From: Mobula hypostoma
Lineage: Eukaryota
Reading direction: 5' to 3'
Assembly: GCF_963921235.1 (NCBI RefSeq)
Contig: NC_086104.1
Span: 121,334,001-121,398,000, forward strand
DNA: 64,000 nucleotides
Under the pieces are notes generated by a model. The model saw only the letters and a program-made list of their open reading frames with translations, had not been told where the DNA came from and ran no database searches. Of this stretch, positions 60,522-64,000 are shown piece after piece; positions within the stretch are counted from its first letter, which is position 1, and each line of letters opens with the position of its first letter. A program made the translations under genes and the position numbers.

Positions 60522-62716
60522 TAAAAGGCACTTGATTCGGTTAATTGGAACTTTCTTTACCGAGTTTTACATAGGTTTGGTCTACATGACACAATTATTA
60601 AAACTATACGACAATCCTACTACCAGGATTAAAATCAATGGATATTTATCTAATAGCTTTACCCTAGAAAGGGGCACTAGACAGGTTTGTGCATAGTCAC
60701 CGCTACTCTTCGCATTATATCTGGAACCACTAGCTCAATACATCAGACAAAATGAAGATATCAGGGGAATTACTATTAAAGGGACAGAGCGTAAATTGGC
60801 CTGTTATGCCGATGACATTTTGATCTATCTAGGGCAACCAACATACTCTTTACCTAAATTGATGCAATCCTTTGAACAATATGGGCAATTATCAGGATAC
60901 AAGATCAACATAGATAAAACCCAACTACTTTCATATAACTATAGCTCACCAAGAGAAATTGAAAGTAGATATCCTTGGGCATGGGAAACAGGGTCCGTCA
61001 AATATTTGGGCACCATTATGCCAAAAGATTCGGCAAAATTATCAGAATGCAATTATCAGCCTATACATAAAAATTAAGGAAGATATAACAAGATGGAACC
61101 TAATTCCTTTTCGTGGTCTCAGTTTAAGGATTGAATCTATTGAAATGAATATACTGCCCAGACTATTATATCTCTTTCAGACCCTAACAATAGAGATTAA
61201 CCAAGATCAGTTCAATGAATGGAACAAGATGCTATCAAGATATATATGGCAAGGTAAAAGGCCTAGGGTTCGTCTCAAAACTTCGCAATTAGCCAAGGAA
61301 AAGGGGGGTGGGTCCTACCTTCTCTTAGAGATTATTATTTTGCAGCAGAGTTGAGAGCTGTGATAAGCTGGTGAAACCCATCATATGACGCTCAATGGAA
61401 AAACATTGAGGAGAGGATACTTTCCTTCCCCATACAGGCAATTTTGGTTCATAATAGCCTACAAAGTTACATAAATAATAATGACAACCTGATGCTGAAA
61501 TGGACTCTTAAAATATGGAAAACTATTATAAAAGAATATAAACTAGAGAGAGAGGTTGCAATTCTTAAATGGTGTGCATATGACTCGGATTTTACGCCGA
61601 ATAAACTGGTGCTAGATTTAAGGACTGGACAGCTGAAGGAATAACAGCTATTTGCAATATAATGAAAGAAGGAACACTGTTCAGATTTGAAATGCTCAAA
61701 GAGAAACACTTATTAGAAAAACAAGACTTTTACCGGTATTTACAGATCCGACAATACGTTAATAGGACGGTTAAAAATGTAACCAAGGCAAGTACATGTC
61801 TGACAGAGCTATTTAGAAAAGCATATAATTCAGACAACGGTAGTAGAATAATTTCAAGTGTGTATAAGGGTTTGTTAAATTTTAAAACACATTCAATTTC
61901 ATACATTAATACAAAATGGGAGAAGGAAGGAGGGATAATAATATCTGAGGAAGACTGGGCAATAATATGGAGGTATCAATGGAAGTGTACCAGTTCACAG
62001 AAATGGAGGGAGTTCAGGTGGAAAAACTTGATAAGATATTTTATTACACCCTCTCAGAAATCCCATTATGATAATAACCCCCCTGTTTGCTGGAGAAATT
62101 GTAGAAATCAAAATGCAAACAATTATCATATTTTCAGGGAATGCCCCGTTATAAAAGACTATTGGATTTGGATACATAATGCCCTACAAGACAGCTTTAA
62201 ATGTGAAATACCCTTAGAGAGTAAGACCATATATTTTGGGTATATACCTCAAGAATGGTTGAAAAGAGATTAATATTTAATGAATAGACTGCTGGTGGCT
62301 GGTAAAAAGACCCTTACCAGGAAATGGTTATCACAGGAGAGCCCAACTTTAAATGTATGTATGGAAATTACAATGGACATTTACAAAATGGAGAAGATAA
62401 CAGCATCGGTTCATCATAAATTGGAACAATTTTATTCATACTGGAAAAAACGGTTTAACTACGTAACACCTGATTTTATTCTCACAAGTCAATGAATATG
62501 TTGTAAAAAAAAGATCACTCCCTAATCTGTACATAGTTTTCTCCTTTCGATTGTTCTTTCTTTCCTCTCCTTTTTTATAAGTGTATACCTCAGATAAATA
62601 TTATGTGGAGATTTGTGACAAATATGGTATCATATATATGTACATTATCTGAAATACATCTTATGGAATTGTTTGTTTGATGATGAAATTCAATAAAAAT
62701 AAATTACCAAAAAAAA
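60522..62716 (+). mobile_element. L1/Tx1-clade LINE 3' half
   Basis: ACYADDILIYLG, NILPRLLYLFQ, CWRNC...ANNYHIFREC; aataaa and A tail at 62690-62716. Confidence 0.9.
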
Positions 62717-62796
62717 CGCTGAACAAGAAATGGAATCGGAAAGCGGGAACTGGGGGCAGCTAGTGGGGAAAGAGGGCAGTGGGATCGGAGACTCAC

Positions 62797-63156
62797 CTCG
62801 TACCAGGAGCACGGTCCCGTTCCCTCGGAGCAGCAGCCGCCGGTCGGGAAGGTGAACGGACGCCAGGCAGCGGTAGGTGTTAGAGTGGCTCGGGCGGAGG
62901 TGCCGGACTTGGAGGGAGAGTCCCGTGCCGATCTCACTCTCAGGTAGGGCGTCTTCCCGCTGGGTTTCCTGTGGGGGCGGGTAGACGACACGTTCTTCTT
63001 CCCCCTCCTCCGTCCCGCCGATCACCCAATAAGGGTAGATTATCACCCGGGGCTCCGTCAGCCCCAGAACTTCGCAGTGCAGCGTCACGTTGGAGCCACT
63101 CGGGACCTCCAACCTCCGAGGCCACTGGGACACGTAGAGGGTGGCGAGCGAGATGT
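62797..63156 (-). CDS. Gene B exon V8: VJ-type Ig V domain (5'-most in window)
   Basis: 360 nt, phase 1-1, open. Confidence 0.9.
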
Positions 63157-63683
63157 CTGTAACACAGTGAGGGAGGAAGAATGGTGAGGGAGCGCCTGTA
63201 GTGCATTGGAGAGAGGTGGTGAGGGAGCGTCTGTATCTCAGGGAGGGAGGGAGTGTAGTGAGAGAGCGCCGTAATACAAGGAGTGAGGGAGAGAATAGTA
63301 AAAGATTGTGTACATAGGGAAGTGGATTAGAGGGCAGAGAGTAAACGTGGAGTGATATCAAACTGCCAGGAAAGAGTTAAACATTATTCGTCCTTGGTAT
63401 GTGCTAAAATAAAAAGGAAGTCTGCCAGACAACATGGTGTTAACCCAGAGTGGAACTGATTTGAGGAAGTTGAATGAGTACAAGTCTCCAGCCTGGAGAG
63501 TAGATCATGATGAATACAAGTTTGTGTCGGGAAGGCGAGGCCTTTAGCCAGGTACCAAACAGTGACCCATCAGGGAGAGTTCTAGGGTAAGAGTTCTGTT
63601 AGAGTTTTAAAGGGATACTGTAAGGGAGTAAGTACGGGTAAATCTCTGTGTAAGTGCGGAGAGTTTTCCATCAGACCACGTTA

Positions 63684-64000
63684 AACTAGAGTTTCAGGGG
63701 AGGGAACCAGAGTGTTAGAGCAGATAGTGAGGTGGAGGAGGATAAAAGTCATGCGAGAACTGCAAGTATAGTGCATGGAGTAAAGCCAGATCTAACATAT
63801 AAACATGCTTTGAGGAAAGAGAAACAGAATAAAGGGTGTAAAGGTAGTAAGGTAGAAGGGCTAAAGTGCGTGTACTTCAATGCAAGAAGCATCAGGAACA
63901 AAGGTGATGAACTGAGAGCTTGGAAACATGCATTGAATTATGATGTCGTCGTCTTTACTAGACTTGGCTGGCACCAGGGCAGGAATGGATTCTCAATATT
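63684..64000 (+). mobile_element. Start of the CR1 insertion paralogous to 36281-39321
   Basis: Same junction tcagaccacgtta-aactaga and the same downstream sequence. Confidence 0.9.

Noticed and set aside
33664-63162. Repeated plus-strand ORFs antisense to the V exons
   Set aside because: Shadow frames of GC-rich coding exons; starts and ends are not conserved.

Overview
Vertebrate genomic DNA with a repeat landscape (CR1, Penelope, L1/Tx1, Rex1/Babar, Nimb-like LINEs, Tc1, tRNA-derived SINEs, Gypsy) typical of a cartilaginous fish, probably a ray (inference). There are two 135-N assembly gaps. The left half (1-32 kb) is mostly transposon debris with a few orphan exon and promoter remnants and a retroviral env fragment. 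The right half holds two tandemly duplicated minus-strand genes for an NKp30/NCR3-like activating immune receptor of unusual architecture. Gene A is one 46-nt leader exon (39819-39864), two V exons and one TM exon. Gene B has its leader outside the window, six V exons and one TM exon. All eight V exons are germline-joined VJ-type Ig domains flanked by phase-1 splice sites. Seven are exactly 360 nt; the eighth is 368 nt because of a homopolymer expansion. They sit in a ~1.6-kb repeat unit that has no leader of its own. The domains differ mainly in CDR-like loops, and each array feeds a single TM exon with an intramembrane lysine and no signalling motif. The most interesting candidate system is this accordion-like cassette array of V exons, which could diversify an innate receptor by domain number and alternative splicing rather than by rearrangement.
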